Source of the DNA: a virus
Lineage: Duplodnaviria > Caudoviricetes
DNA length: 54,541 bases
Direction: 5' to 3' (one strand)
Virus record (IMG/VR): IMGVR_UViG_3300025133_000137
Span: 1 to 54,541 of that record
The number at the start of each line of letters is the position of its first letter. Within the stretch, counting starts at the first letter, position 1. The translations under genes and the position numbers were made by a program. Of this stretch, positions 18,979 through 28,132 are shown in pieces. The notes beneath the pieces are model-generated. The model saw only the letters and a program-made list of their open reading frames with translations. It was not told the DNA's origin and did no database searches.

Positions 18979-19908
18979 CTAGAGTTCAACAGTTTCAAAA
19001 CTGTCTATGAATGTATTGATTATGTTTGTATTGTGGTACGCTAGTCTTGCCCGATCGAATGCATCTGACAAGGCCCACCGTACATGTTTCTGATTCTTAT
19101 CCTTTAGCTGATTAGCTACTTTAGTTAGTATCTTCTTATAGTCAGGGTCCTCCTTTCTCATCTCTTCTAGTATCACTGGGTAAAGTTTATCGACTACCTT
19201 CTCTGTCCACCCAAGCTCCTTGGGTCGAGGGAGGGAGTAGCCTGCTGCAATCAGCATCTCTCTAAGGTTCAGGGAGAAGATACCGGGACAGATGCTCAGC
19301 CTGTCTCCAGTCACGTAGTGCTCATCCGGTGCTACCTGATAAACATATGGCCAACTCCCACCATAGTCAGGGTTGTAAGTAACCCTAGCTACGAAGTCTA
19401 CCAGGGCTGGTAGCTTCTCGGGTAGCTTATGCCCACCGATGGACGGAGAGCCGGGGATGTACTTAACCCCACCTACCTTCTTAACCTCACGAGGAGGCTG
19501 CTCATGCATGGTCAGGAACACATGGCATGGGAGCTTACGAGCTAGGTCACGGAACTCACACACCCTGTCGGATAGGACAGCGTATGCATCCCATACAATC
19601 TTGTGTGTCTTACGTAGCTTAGTGAGTTCAGCATCAGCGATGATACTAAAGTCATCAATGATGATGGCAGAGTACTGAGCTACATTGGTTTTCTTATCAC
19701 TTAGAACTTGAAGCAGTTGCTCCACGTCCACTGCTTCTAAGCAAGCAGGCTCCCAGTCGATCCAACTCTTACATGAGAGTCCTCCCCTTGGAGCGATGAA
19801 CAAGCCATTCGGGAATGCTCTCAAGGTTGCTAAGGTTTTACCTGTCTTTGGTCGTCCGTATAGGATACCGAACACAGGGTTTTGTTTAGAGTTACTTCTA
19901 GCGTTCAT
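18979..19908 (-). CDS. Sak4-like AAA (AAA_24) recombinase/ssDNA annealing protein
   Basis: Walker A YGRPKTGKT, Walker B IIIDD, LTMHE, LVDFV; start refined to ATG 19908 (ggggag RBS). Confidence 0.8.
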   Translation of the reverse strand: MNARSNSKQNPVFGILYGRPKTGKTLATLRAFPNGLFIAPRGGLSCKSWIDWEPACLEAVDVEQLLQVLSDKKTNVAQYSAIIIDDFSIIADAELTKLRKTHKIVWDAYAVLSDRVCEFRDLARKLPCHVFLTMHEQPPREVKKVGGVKYIPGSPSIGGHKLPEKLPALVDFVARVTYNPDYGGSWPYVYQVAPDEHYVTGDRLSICPGIFSLNLREMLIAAGYSLPRPKELGWTEKVVDKLYPVILEEMRKEDPDYKKILTKVANQLKDKNQKHVRWALSDAFDRARLAYHNTNIINTFIDSFETVEL

Positions 19909-19909
19909 A

Positions 19910-20737
19910 CTATTCTCCCCACTTACAAATGTTTGCTTTGGGACATTCCCCATACGGTGTCCAACAGGCTGTCTCGTGATAGACTGCGGGCCATTCATTA
20001 GGAGGAAGGTCTTTGTACTTCCTGATTATTCTCTCTGCGTATATGATTGTTTGTTTTAAGTCTTGTACTGCTACTGGTGCTGATTCTAATGTTGGTCTTG
20101 TAAACTCGAATTTCCCATCGAGGCTCTTGGGGAATTGTAGCATGTTCAGCATCACCCCTGCAAACTTTTTACCCCACAATTTTCGACCGAACAACTGATA
20201 GCCCAGCATCTGACCGGACAATGCGTACCGCTTGACAACCTTCGGAGCGATGCGTGCCGTGGACTTGTGGTCGATAATGTGGACGTTTCCACCCTTGTCC
20301 GCAACGATGAGGTCAGCTCGCTGAGTATACAGGTAGGTCGTATCTAATTCCTCATCATAGACATTAGCCCTAAGCTCCCTCTCTACCCCTAGTATCTCCC
20401 ACTGTTCTGCATTCCAATGGAACTCATAGTTCTCTACAACCCTTTGAGCTATCTCTGCAAACTGCATCCAAAGCTCACTACCTGTTCGAGCGTACTCCTG
20501 AATGGACAAACAAGTAATAGCTTCCCCTGCTCTGTACCATTCATCGGGGTCTTCCCCTCTCTGCTCTGACTGCATCCGTTTGTAGTGGTGGGCTAGTCCT
20601 ATGTGAACAAGGGCCCCCTTCACTAGAGCGGGCTTATCCCAATCTGTTCCTAGTGCATAGAGTCTAGGGCATCTCAATACTGTCTGTAGTCTATGCCATC
20701 CTGCTTCGGATGGTCCTGCGTTAAGTAACTTCTTCAT
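19910..20737 (-). CDS. PD-(D/E)xK exonuclease, RecB/Cas4-like, with putative Fe-S cysteines
   Basis: CPR, G..VH, ERE, RADL, IIDHKS, QMLGY, C-terminal C...C...C; start refined to ATG 20737. Confidence 0.85.
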   Translation of the reverse strand: MKKLLNAGPSEAGWHRLQTVLRCPRLYALGTDWDKPALVKGALVHIGLAHHYKRMQSEQRGEDPDEWYRAGEAITCLSIQEYARTGSELWMQFAEIAQRVVENYEFHWNAEQWEILGVERELRANVYDEELDTTYLYTQRADLIVADKGGNVHIIDHKSTARIAPKVVKRYALSGQMLGYQLFGRKLWGKKFAGVMLNMLQFPKSLDGKFEFTRPTLESAPVAVQDLKQTIIYAERIIRKYKDLPPNEWPAVYHETACWTPYGECPKANICKWGE

Positions 20738-20941
20738 GATCTTCCTCGGTGCCATGCGATGATGGCTAAATCTTCCGCAACTTTTTTCCGTTCTTTGTGT
20801 ACATTTAATAGTTCCTTCCCACTCTTTTTTGTGGTGCAGGGGTCATACTTCTTCGCGCCACACTTTGGGCAGTCTCGCATTAGGCTGTACTCATTGGGGT
20901 CGGGCCAACTACTACTCATCGGATGGTCCTGCGTTAAGTAA
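20706..20941. repeat. 23-bp direct repeat tcggatggtcctgcgttaagtaa at 20706-20728 and 20919-20941
   Basis: Exact match, 213 bp apart; both copies encode LLNAGPS on the minus strand. Confidence 0.9.
20734..20919 (-). CDS. Small phage zinc-finger protein
   Basis: CPKCGA...PC...G....H..R; ATGA overlap with the nuclease start. Confidence 0.65.
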   Translation of the reverse strand: MSSSWPDPNEYSLMRDCPKCGAKKYDPCTTKKSGKELLNVHKERKKVAEDLAIIAWHRGRS

Positions 20942-20953
20942 TTGCTTAGTCAT
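20912..20953 (-). pseudogene. Remnant duplicate of the nuclease 5' end (MTKQLLNAGPSDE*)
   Basis: AGGAG RBS and ATG just after the dam stop; matches the nuclease N-terminus MKKLLNAGPSE. Confidence 0.6.
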
Positions 20954-20954
20954 G

Positions 20955-21503
20955 CTATCTCCTGGGTAGGTCAGTTGCAGTTGTGAACTGTGGGACACGT
21001 CGAGACTCATCGAAGATCAATAGACAAGACGGAGCAGGAGCAGTCCCGCTGAACTTAGGCCCAAGAGGTGAGCCGAACTTGATTCTACCCTTGATAAGCC
21101 GTATCTCTGCTGCCTTCATAGCCCAGTCATGCCACCACCTAGTGTCACTACGGACAAAGGTGAGCACCACAACAGTGCAACCCTTCAAGCTTTCCCGGTA
21201 AGCTTTCTCTATCCACTTACCTATGTCCTTTCCATAGGGGGGGTTAAGCCATACCGCACCAGTATAACCAGTCATTTCCCTTGCCCAATCAAAGTGAAGG
21301 GAACCCTCGATGGTATTCCAGCCTTGACTTAGGTCACAACTGTGTCTTGCAATGTAATGGAGGCACTTAGCATTCTCGGCAGTAGCCGCTGCGTCTAACC
21401 CAAAGCTAAACTCCTCATGCAGTGCATCGTACAAAGCTTGGGGGGTTTCCCAGTCCTGTCTCTTCGATGAGTGTAATTGATCTTCATTCCATGCTGTCGT
21501 CAT
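20955..21503 (-). CDS. dam: Phage DNA N6-adenine methyltransferase (Dam family)
   Basis: DWETPQ, LDAAA..NAKC, WLNPPYG, RSDTRWW, GRIKF. Confidence 0.9.
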   Translation of the reverse strand: MTTAWNEDQLHSSKRQDWETPQALYDALHEEFSFGLDAAATAENAKCLHYIARHSCDLSQGWNTIEGSLHFDWAREMTGYTGAVWLNPPYGKDIGKWIEKAYRESLKGCTVVVLTFVRSDTRWWHDWAMKAAEIRLIKGRIKFGSPLGPKFSGTAPAPSCLLIFDESRRVPQFTTATDLPRR

Positions 21504-21511
21504 CCTCTCTC

Positions 21512-21706
21512 CTAGTGTGGTTTAGGTGGACCTTGCTCACGGTTAAAGGGACCTCGGCTTGCATAAAGCTTAGTTAAAAGCCAGAACTCTGCTTGAGCTT
21601 TACGCGGTCGAAGATCCCGTCTTGCGTGTTCAGCTAGCGCGTCAGCTTCAGCCGGGGTTAGGTGGACCTGTAGGATTACAAACCCTTCCTTCTTGTTAGT
21701 TCCCAT
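21512..21706 (-). CDS. Ribbon-helix-helix-like DNA-binding protein
   Basis: Alternating strand LQVHLT followed by helix ..AL..HA..D.R. Confidence 0.5.
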   Translation of the reverse strand: MGTNKKEGFVILQVHLTPAEADALAEHARRDLRPRKAQAEFWLLTKLYASRGPFNREQGPPKPH

Positions 21707-21709
21707 ACT

Positions 21710-21913
21710 TTACTCCTCCGTTGGGTAAATAATATTCTCTCCATCATTCAATAAGCCTTGACGAACGTACCGAATGATTTGTTTAGACCGTCCTCTATCC
21801 TCTCGATCAGCTATTAAATCAAGTGCAGTTAGGAGATGCTTAGGCATACGTAGGGTTACAAACCCTGAACCTTTGCGTCTCCATTCAGTCTTGACCTTCT
21901 TCTTCCGAGCCAT
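21710..21913 (-). CDS. Ribbon-helix-helix (Arc/CopG-like) regulator
   Basis: FVTLRMP..LL..LD.IA..E.R.RS..I...V..GL. Confidence 0.7.
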   Translation of the reverse strand: MARKKKVKTEWRRKGSGFVTLRMPKHLLTALDLIADREDRGRSKQIIRYVRQGLLNDGENIIYPTEE

Positions 21914-23516
21914 CTTGTACCTCCATTAGTTGTAGGATGTCTGCGATGACAGCATCCTCATCCTGTTCTCCTGCTAGCGTACTGGCTAAGCCAGCCGCTT
22001 CACTATCGTTTAGCGTACTACTCACTGCTTCAAGCTTGCCGAGTAGGATGTCAGCTACGTGCTCATCCACTGTACCCTCGGCTACCATGTACATAATTAG
22101 GACCGGACGAGTGGAACCCTTACGAGAAAAGCGTCCCTCTGCTTGGGTTACTTGTCCTGGGGTCCAGGGTAGTAAGGAGAAGATAGCTAGGTCTGTATGC
22201 TGTAGCCCATCTATCGCCTCACCGAAGGCATCGGTAGTACCAACGAAGATAGACGGCTCCTCGCAGGCAGCGTAGGCTGATACCATACTATCCCTTTCCT
22301 TAGTACTAACCCCACCATGACCCCACCATAAGGGAACATGATCGGGCTTCTTCTTCTCTAAGGCTGCGGCTATCCTCTCACAATCCGTACGCCGTCCGGT
22401 AAAGATTACCACCTTCTGCTTAGCATCGACAGCTTCGAGTACTGTCTCCACTACATAGGCCCGCTTCCTACTAGCAGCCTCTAGTAACCTCATCTCGAAG
22501 AGAGCTTGGACTCCGCTCTTGGCTGCTCGCTTAAGGTCAGCAGCAAAGGCAGCGGGTCTGTTCTGGTCTGCCCTGGACAGGTAGCATAGCTGTCTTCGCT
22601 TAGGGGGTAACTGCTTTGCCATCTCTGCGTACTTCACTACATGGCAAACCTCTTGGAGCCTAGCCTGTAGCTCTTCCTTATTCGACACACCGTTCTCATC
22701 CCAAGCTCCGTACTGGTTTTGAACTGCGTCACAATATCTCTTCTTAAACTCTAAGCTATGCCCCCAACAGTTAGGCTCAATCAAATCAAGTTGAGCCCAA
22801 AGGTCACCAAGGACATTACGGATAGGGGTAGCTGTTAAACCTAACCGACGCCTTGCAGCATGGGATAAACGCATAGCCGCAACAGCGATGTTATCAAGCA
22901 GACGATAACCCACAGAACCATCGCTTCTGATATGTTTCTCTTTACGCTTCCAACTCTTAGCCTTATGAATCTCATCGAACACCACCGAGAATCTGTTTTG
23001 TTTACCCCATCGAGTTAGCTCCCCTACCCAGTAGGGTAGGCACTCCCAACCAATGATGACCATGCGTACTTCTTTCCCTATCTTCTTGGGAGTCTGCCCC
23101 TCTAAGATTAGGGGTTGGATAAAAGATAACCGCTCTACCTCTCGCCTCCACTGTCGTCTAGCTGTAGCTCTAGTTATAATTACGATAGGTCCACCCCAGG
23201 CATCACTAAGGGACCAACAGATAGAGGTTGCAGTCTTACCAGCACCACAAGCGTGCCAAAGGTTAGACCCTAGTCTATCTTGAGCGTAGTGCCATGCTTC
23301 CTTTTGATAGTCGGTAAGCCAATCAGGAACCCAATCCCTTAGGGCTTTAGAAGGCTTGTCCCAAGGGGGCTCTGACTTAGCTTGGATAGGCTTACGAGTT
23401 AGTAGGTTACGGCAGTTAACCGGAGGCCCGACAGCTACGTCGGACCTCCTTACCTTTACTCCCGGTACATCATAGAGATACCGAGAACTAACTGAAGAGC
23501 TATACCTTAGCCGCAT
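21885..23516 (-). CDS. SNF2-like superfamily 2 helicase
   Basis: HACGAGKT, VFDEIH, LTATP, KVVIF, QAEGRFSRKG; start refined to ATG 23516. Confidence 0.9.
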   Translation of the reverse strand: MRLRYSSSVSSRYLYDVPGVKVRRSDVAVGPPVNCRNLLTRKPIQAKSEPPWDKPSKALRDWVPDWLTDYQKEAWHYAQDRLGSNLWHACGAGKTATSICWSLSDAWGGPIVIITRATARRQWRREVERLSFIQPLILEGQTPKKIGKEVRMVIIGWECLPYWVGELTRWGKQNRFSVVFDEIHKAKSWKRKEKHIRSDGSVGYRLLDNIAVAAMRLSHAARRRLGLTATPIRNVLGDLWAQLDLIEPNCWGHSLEFKKRYCDAVQNQYGAWDENGVSNKEELQARLQEVCHVVKYAEMAKQLPPKRRQLCYLSRADQNRPAAFAADLKRAAKSGVQALFEMRLLEAASRKRAYVVETVLEAVDAKQKVVIFTGRRTDCERIAAALEKKKPDHVPLWWGHGGVSTKERDSMVSAYAACEEPSIFVGTTDAFGEAIDGLQHTDLAIFSLLPWTPGQVTQAEGRFSRKGSTRPVLIMYMVAEGTVDEHVADILLGKLEAVSSTLNDSEAAGLASTLAGEQDEDAVIADILQLMEVQDGSEEEGQD

Positions 23517-23883
23517 CCTTCTCCTCCTTCTCCTTAAGGATAAGATCACGCTGGTGCTTAAAGATTATATCTCTTAGGATGAGCGTATCCTCCATGTCCA
23601 ACGCCAGATTCTTTATGAGATAGTTTAGGAACTGTGCCCATATCTCTACGCCGTTACCCTCCAGCCATGTCCAGAGGAAATCTAACTCCCCTTGTTCATA
23701 GTCAAGCATGTCGGTGATGTCAGAGTTATTGTACTCCCATTCAAGAGTGTCACTAACTTCAATAGTAACAGTGAAGTCCCCTTTTATTTTCCCCTCTGTT
23801 ATCGTAACGTCTCCGTTAAGATCGCTACCATCTATGAATTCCTCTACCTTACCCTCTACAAATACTTCTCTAGTTCCACCCAT
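23500..23883 (-). CDS. Hypothetical acidic protein
   Basis: aggagg RBS, tight operon packing. Confidence 0.6.
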   Translation of the reverse strand: MGGTREVFVEGKVEEFIDGSDLNGDVTITEGKIKGDFTVTIEVSDTLEWEYNNSDITDMLDYEQGELDFLWTWLEGNGVEIWAQFLNYLIKNLALDMEDTLILRDIIFKHQRDLILKEKEEKDAAKV

Positions 23884-23884
23884 C

Positions 23885-24127
23885 TTAAGCCTCCTTAAAG
23901 TTATAGTAAAAGCGTGGCCGGTGTTGGAATTGTAAGCTCCCCTCTACGTTATCAGCCTTACGTCTAACCACAACATAGGGAGCACCGAACCCCACTACAC
24001 TGAAGTCCTCTTGCAGTTGTGCGGTATCCCATACCTGACCTACCCTATCTTCTAGCTCCTCTCTCTCTGTTGCGTTTCTGTTTGTGTGTGCTACCAGTTG
24101 TCGTCTCAATTGTTCTACTTCGTTCAT
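23885..24127 (-). CDS. Hypothetical protein
   Basis: ggagg RBS before ATG 24127; globular-looking WDT..LQ.DF.V.GF.AP...GSL.FQH.PRFY. Confidence 0.65.
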   Translation of the reverse strand: MNEVEQLRRQLVAHTNRNATEREELEDRVGQVWDTAQLQEDFSVVGFGAPYVVVRRKADNVEGSLQFQHRPRFYYNFKEA

Positions 24128-24128
24128 G

Positions 24129-24524
24129 CTATACCTCCTCTCTAAGTTCATTCTGGATCTCTCGGTTCATACACTCCGCTTCTTGCCTAGCTACCGGATG
24201 CCATAGGGAATTGATTGGCTCACCTGGTTTGTAGTTATCTCGTGCCCATCGGATAAAGCTCTTCTCCTCTTCCGAAGTAAGGTTACGAAATAACTTAGCA
24301 TCCGCTTTCTCTTGCTTTCTCTCCCGAACAAAATCAAGAGCAGACTTATCCCCAATGAATTCAAAGTCAGCGTTACACCTGAATAATGTTATCTCTGTGT
24401 GGTTATTGTCCTTATCTACAAGGATAATGGTTGTGACTGGGAAGGTATCTCGCTCCCCTCGTGTCTCGCGGGTGCTAACCCCGACTGCTTCAATATGATG
24501 TAGGTTTATATTTATGTTACTCAT
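24129..24524 (-). CDS. Hypothetical protein
   Basis: aggag RBS, operon packing. Confidence 0.6.
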   Translation of the reverse strand: MSNININLHHIEAVGVSTRETRGERDTFPVTTIILVDKDNNHTEITLFRCNADFEFIGDKSALDFVRERKQEKADAKLFRNLTSEEEKSFIRWARDNYKPGEPINSLWHPVARQEAECMNREIQNELREEV

Positions 24525-24672
24525 CTCTACTCCTCGTTCTCTGGTTTCTTCTTAGGTTAAAATGGGGATGAGACACCTGATTAAGTGGAATCACAACCAC
24601 TACGGTATGCCTCCCTGTCCGGCTTGGCAGTTAGCTGGCCCTTCCCCAAGTACCAGCTAACCAATCCCTCCC

Positions 24673-26055
24673 TTACCCAATAGGTAAAAGGATTCTGTTG
24701 TTCTCTGCTTGTTGTAGTCCTCGGTGAAGAAGCTCACCACCAAGACGTTCCAACTTCATCTGCTTACCCAAGTTAATCTGCTCGTGAGCCACGTAAGTGA
24801 TGGCGTCAGGAACACTAGTTAGCAGCCGACCGTTACCATGAACAGTAGGGTTGTTCAGCATAGTAGTACGGATCTCTTCTTTAAGTCCGGTAGTCATCCA
24901 TGCTGTATTCTCTACCATAGTTTCAAACCACTTATAGGCATCATCAATCTCAATAATAAGAGAATCATTGTAAGCCTTAAGCAATCCGTTAGCATCAATT
25001 AGCATGTCTTCAACAAGACCTGGGAGGTCACGACGGATACGAGAACCACTGTCCCCAGTGTGGTTCCAACGCTTAGTAGTCTTAGCATTGAAATGGTAAC
25101 AGCCGTTACTACACCACTTATTGAAGATGCTAGGAGCGAAAAGAGAACTACCATCCCCATAGATCCCATTCCTTAAGGTCAGAGCGGGAACAGGAACACC
25201 TACTTCATTGTTAGTATAGGCATCTTCTACGTGGACCAACTGAACATGAAGCCTACCATCCCGACAATCATATCGGATGACATGCCAATCGTTTAGGTCT
25301 TCACCAAGACACATGATAACATCTTTAATGTAAGCGCTATTATCATAGGTCGAGTAGGTCTCACTTAGCATAGCATTTAGATGACGCCTTCCATCCTTTC
25401 CCAGTGCAGTACGAAAGAGGTGGTTCTTATTGTAGTGTGTACGAAACAAACCCATACACATTTCCGTAAGCTTATCTCCACCCCGTAACCGAAGCTGCCT
25501 ATCCCATGTCCTAAGGGCACCGGCACCCCCTAAACTACTACATAGCTCTCGGTATGCTTTCCGGTTAATCCGGATAGGCTCTCCCCATGCATCGCCCCGA
25601 AACATGAACTGACCCGAAGGCTGCTCACCCTTAAACTTAACGATGAAACCATTAGCATTTCGTAGGTAATCCTGAGGGTCCTCCTTCTCTTCAAGGTCTT
25701 CGAGGTTAGCCAAGACTTCTTCAAGAGTCTTGGTAGTGAACTGATCCCGAGCACTAGAGAACTTCCGTCCTCTCATGTTAGCAAAGTCTTCCTCTTCCTC
25801 TTCCACAGAAACAGGGGGGGTAGGGGGTTCGATAGACCTAACTTCAAGGTTAGTACTAGTAGCTGTTACAGGTACTAGCATACGAGTAGGCACTTCCTTT
25901 GCCTCGATAATATCAGGTTCTTCTTGTTCTATAGTCACGGTGTCTGCTTCTTCTTCAATCTGCCCACTAAATCCGTTGTCCCTATAAAACTGCATAGCTT
26001 CTTGAGGATTAAGGTTAGGGTGGACTACTCCATTGGGGTCGATGTAGGATAGCAT
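24673..26055 (-). CDS. DUF932-like protein
   Basis: AMLS..Y..YDN and L.LRNG..G.GS....P.IF..WCSNG...NH.G match the DUF932 pattern; acidic N-terminal extension. Confidence 0.7.
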   Translation of the reverse strand: MLSYIDPNGVVHPNLNPQEAMQFYRDNGFSGQIEEEADTVTIEQEEPDIIEAKEVPTRMLVPVTATSTNLEVRSIEPPTPPVSVEEEEEDFANMRGRKFSSARDQFTTKTLEEVLANLEDLEEKEDPQDYLRNANGFIVKFKGEQPSGQFMFRGDAWGEPIRINRKAYRELCSSLGGAGALRTWDRQLRLRGGDKLTEMCMGLFRTHYNKNHLFRTALGKDGRRHLNAMLSETYSTYDNSAYIKDVIMCLGEDLNDWHVIRYDCRDGRLHVQLVHVEDAYTNNEVGVPVPALTLRNGIYGDGSSLFAPSIFNKWCSNGCYHFNAKTTKRWNHTGDSGSRIRRDLPGLVEDMLIDANGLLKAYNDSLIIEIDDAYKWFETMVENTAWMTTGLKEEIRTTMLNNPTVHGNGRLLTSVPDAITYVAHEQINLGKQMKLERLGGELLHRGLQQAENNRILLPIG

Positions 26056-26128
26056 GAATGCTCCATTAGTATTGTTATTGTTAGGGAAAGGTTGTTACCA
26101 ATGCCGGCTCTCGTTGACCGGCATCGCC

Positions 26129-26158
26129 AGTGTATCACCAGGTGTCACCCCAGGTCAA
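26129..26158 (-). promoter_or_regulatory. sigma70-like promoter TTGACC-18-(TGn)TACACT with GGTGACACC in the spacer
   Basis: Read on the minus strand upstream of the DUF932 gene; followed by hairpin atgccgg/ccggcat at 26101-26124. Confidence 0.65.
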
Positions 26159-26451
26159 CTCGATTTGTGATTTGCCAGTTTCAAGTACCGATCCCACGAG
26201 TGGTGCATCGGATCGTCAAGTGGCGCATCGGCCAGTGCTTCTTCTATCTCTTCTTTTCTATACTCCTCTACTAATTCTTCTGCTGTATTCTCTTCTGCTT
26301 TAAGTCTTAGGTAATCATCTATTAGTTCTTCTAAGTTTATATCTCCTTCTTGTGTAGATACTACGAAATCGTCTGCCTCAATATCTATCTTGGTACACTT
26401 AAGTGGGGTGATAGATGTTACTTGGTATAAGCACCAATCAAAGTGAGCCAT
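26155..26451 (-). CDS. Hypothetical early protein
   Basis: ggagg RBS, TAATG coupling. Confidence 0.6.
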   Translation of the reverse strand: MAHFDWCLYQVTSITPLKCTKIDIEADDFVVSTQEGDINLEELIDDYLRLKAEENTAEELVEEYRKEEIEEALADAPLDDPMHHSWDRYLKLANHKSS

Positions 26452-26837
26452 TAGATACCTCCTTCTAGTAAGTGTTGTTCTAGATCCTTGAAAGCTTTAT
26501 CAGGTATGAGGTCAACCCACTCATCCTCACGGCAGCTATAAAGGACACGTCCATAGATGGGGTTACCATTAGCAGTCCATCGACCCTCCTTTCTGCGTTG
26601 ACTTTCAGGAAGTATAATCTCCTTAATCCTAATGATCTCTACTGTCGCTGGACTAGGGGGATTTACCCTATCTCCCGGTACTTCATCTGTATAATGATAG
26701 TGAACGAGAGCCTCTACTGTCTCCCCACTATCCAGCTCTATCTCTACCTCCTCCTTCTCACTACTAACTGTCTCGTAAGGGGTAACCCTCACGTAGTCTC
26801 TTTCATGGTCATGTTCCCAGTGTCTATCTTCTCTCAT
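26451..26837 (-). CDS. Hypothetical early protein
   Basis: ggag RBS, operon packing. Confidence 0.6.
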   Translation of the reverse strand: MREDRHWEHDHERDYVRVTPYETVSSEKEEVEIELDSGETVEALVHYHYTDEVPGDRVNPPSPATVEIIRIKEIILPESQRRKEGRWTANGNPIYGRVLYSCREDEWVDLIPDKAFKDLEQHLLEGGI

Positions 26838-26839
26838 TA

Positions 26840-27028
26840 CTACTCCACTTTGTACTGTGTTTTTCTAAAGGTAACCAAGTCCCCAGCTATGGGGCTAAAC
26901 GTAAGAGCCTGCACCTCCATCGATGCTTGAGCCCCCTCACGCCAATAGAATCTAATCACTCTTACTGTCTCACTAGGAGCAGCATCTTTGAGGACAGACT
27001 TCAAAGCAAATGGGGGAAGCCTAATCAT
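26840..27028 (-). CDS. Hypothetical early protein
   Basis: aggag RBS, overlaps the upstream stop. Confidence 0.5.
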   Translation of the reverse strand: MIRLPPFALKSVLKDAAPSETVRVIRFYWREGAQASMEVQALTFSPIAGDLVTFRKTQYKVE

Positions 27029-27227
27029 TCTCCTTCAACCTCTGTTTGATTAACTGCCCAACTAGGTGGGTTAGCTGCTTAACCTCTTTACGCAAGCATC
27101 CCACCTCCTCATAAACACAGTCGGAATACCACATGGTATCCCTAACAAGTTCATATAGCCTCTTGCCTTCGGGAGGGTTTCTTACTGCGGCTTCTATTTT
27201 ATGGAGATGTTCATTCGGATGTGACAT
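27021..27227 (-). CDS. Hypothetical early protein (short coiled coil)
   Basis: ggagg RBS, operon packing. Confidence 0.5.
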   Translation of the reverse strand: MSHPNEHLHKIEAAVRNPPEGKRLYELVRDTMWYSDCVYEEVGCLRKEVKQLTHLVGQLIKQRLKEND

Positions 27228-27825
27228 CTTCAGCCTCCGCTATAAAGTCAAAGTTACTAGCGACTAGAAGACGAACCACTTCTGAACGTCGGCTATACTC
27301 CTCCTCCCATGTCATGTCATACTGGGTATCATAGTAGTTAGCTCCGTTATAGTCCCCTTCCTCGATGCAGGATTGCATCGAGTCCCTGTTATCATCAAGC
27401 ATTTCATCAGCCTCAGCTAGTTTCCTAGCTTCATTGAGTAATAGCTTCCACTCTTCACCAAGAGCATGCCACGGCAGGTAATAGCCCGGACCTCTCCACA
27501 TTAGACAAGTAATATACTTCTCAACTAGCTTTTGACTAACTTCAAAGGCATGGGTCTTCGTTAGTAACTGCCGGTCCCCTTCCGTCTGGTGCTCTTGGTC
27601 TTGCATGATTGCATTAGCATCGTATGTTCTATCGTTATCGTAATACTTCCCAGGTAAACCGTGGGCACATCTATGGAGCCGATACGACTGCAAGGTGCCC
27701 TTGAACCAAGGTGCTCGGTTTAGATAAGCATCTAAGATTACATTAGCTAAGAGATCACCCAGAGCCTCTGCTGATTCCGCTTGGAGACAATCTCCCTTCT
27801 CTTGTGCTAACTTTGGGTTATCCAT
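27211..27825 (-). CDS. Hypothetical early protein
   Basis: ggagg RBS before ATG 27825. Confidence 0.6.
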   Translation of the reverse strand: MDNPKLAQEKGDCLQAESAEALGDLLANVILDAYLNRAPWFKGTLQSYRLHRCAHGLPGKYYDNDRTYDANAIMQDQEHQTEGDRQLLTKTHAFEVSQKLVEKYITCLMWRGPGYYLPWHALGEEWKLLLNEARKLAEADEMLDDNRDSMQSCIEEGDYNGANYYDTQYDMTWEEEYSRRSEVVRLLVASNFDFIAEAEDVTSE

Positions 27826-28132
27826 TGAGCCCTCCATCACAGTCGGGATCTTCTATGATACCAGCAGCATAGAGGGAGCGTTCAACCTCTTCCCTAGCTA
27901 GCGCATCCTCTTCTTTTCTGTACTCCTCTAGGTCAGGTAGGTTCAGGTTCCTAACTGCATAGGGTAGTTCCTCTGCACTCTCTTGTAGCTTAGAGATATG
28001 GCGTACCTCTGCTACATCCTCAAGCCTAAGTATCTGCCGCTTAACCTTTAAGATAAGAGGCGGGTTGTATATATCGTTTGGGTCTAGTCTCTCTAGTACT
28101 TCTTCTAGTAGTTCTATTATCTGCTGTTTCAT
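27818..28132 (-). CDS. Hypothetical early protein
   Basis: ATGA coupling to the upstream gene. Confidence 0.55.
   Translation of the reverse strand: MKQQIIELLEEVLERLDPNDIYNPPLILKVKRQILRLEDVAEVRHISKLQESAEELPYAVRNLNLPDLEEYRKEEDALAREEVERSLYAAGIIEDPDCDGGLNG

Noticed and set aside
19910-20737. Cas4 as part of a CRISPR system
   Set aside because: Its context is the Sak4-SSB recombination module; no cas1, cas2 or array is present.
20706-20953. T4 gene 60-style ribosomal bypass between the repeats
   Set aside because: The nuclease has its own RBS and ATG at 20737 and the gap encodes a credible zinc-finger protein, so insertion with duplication is simpler.
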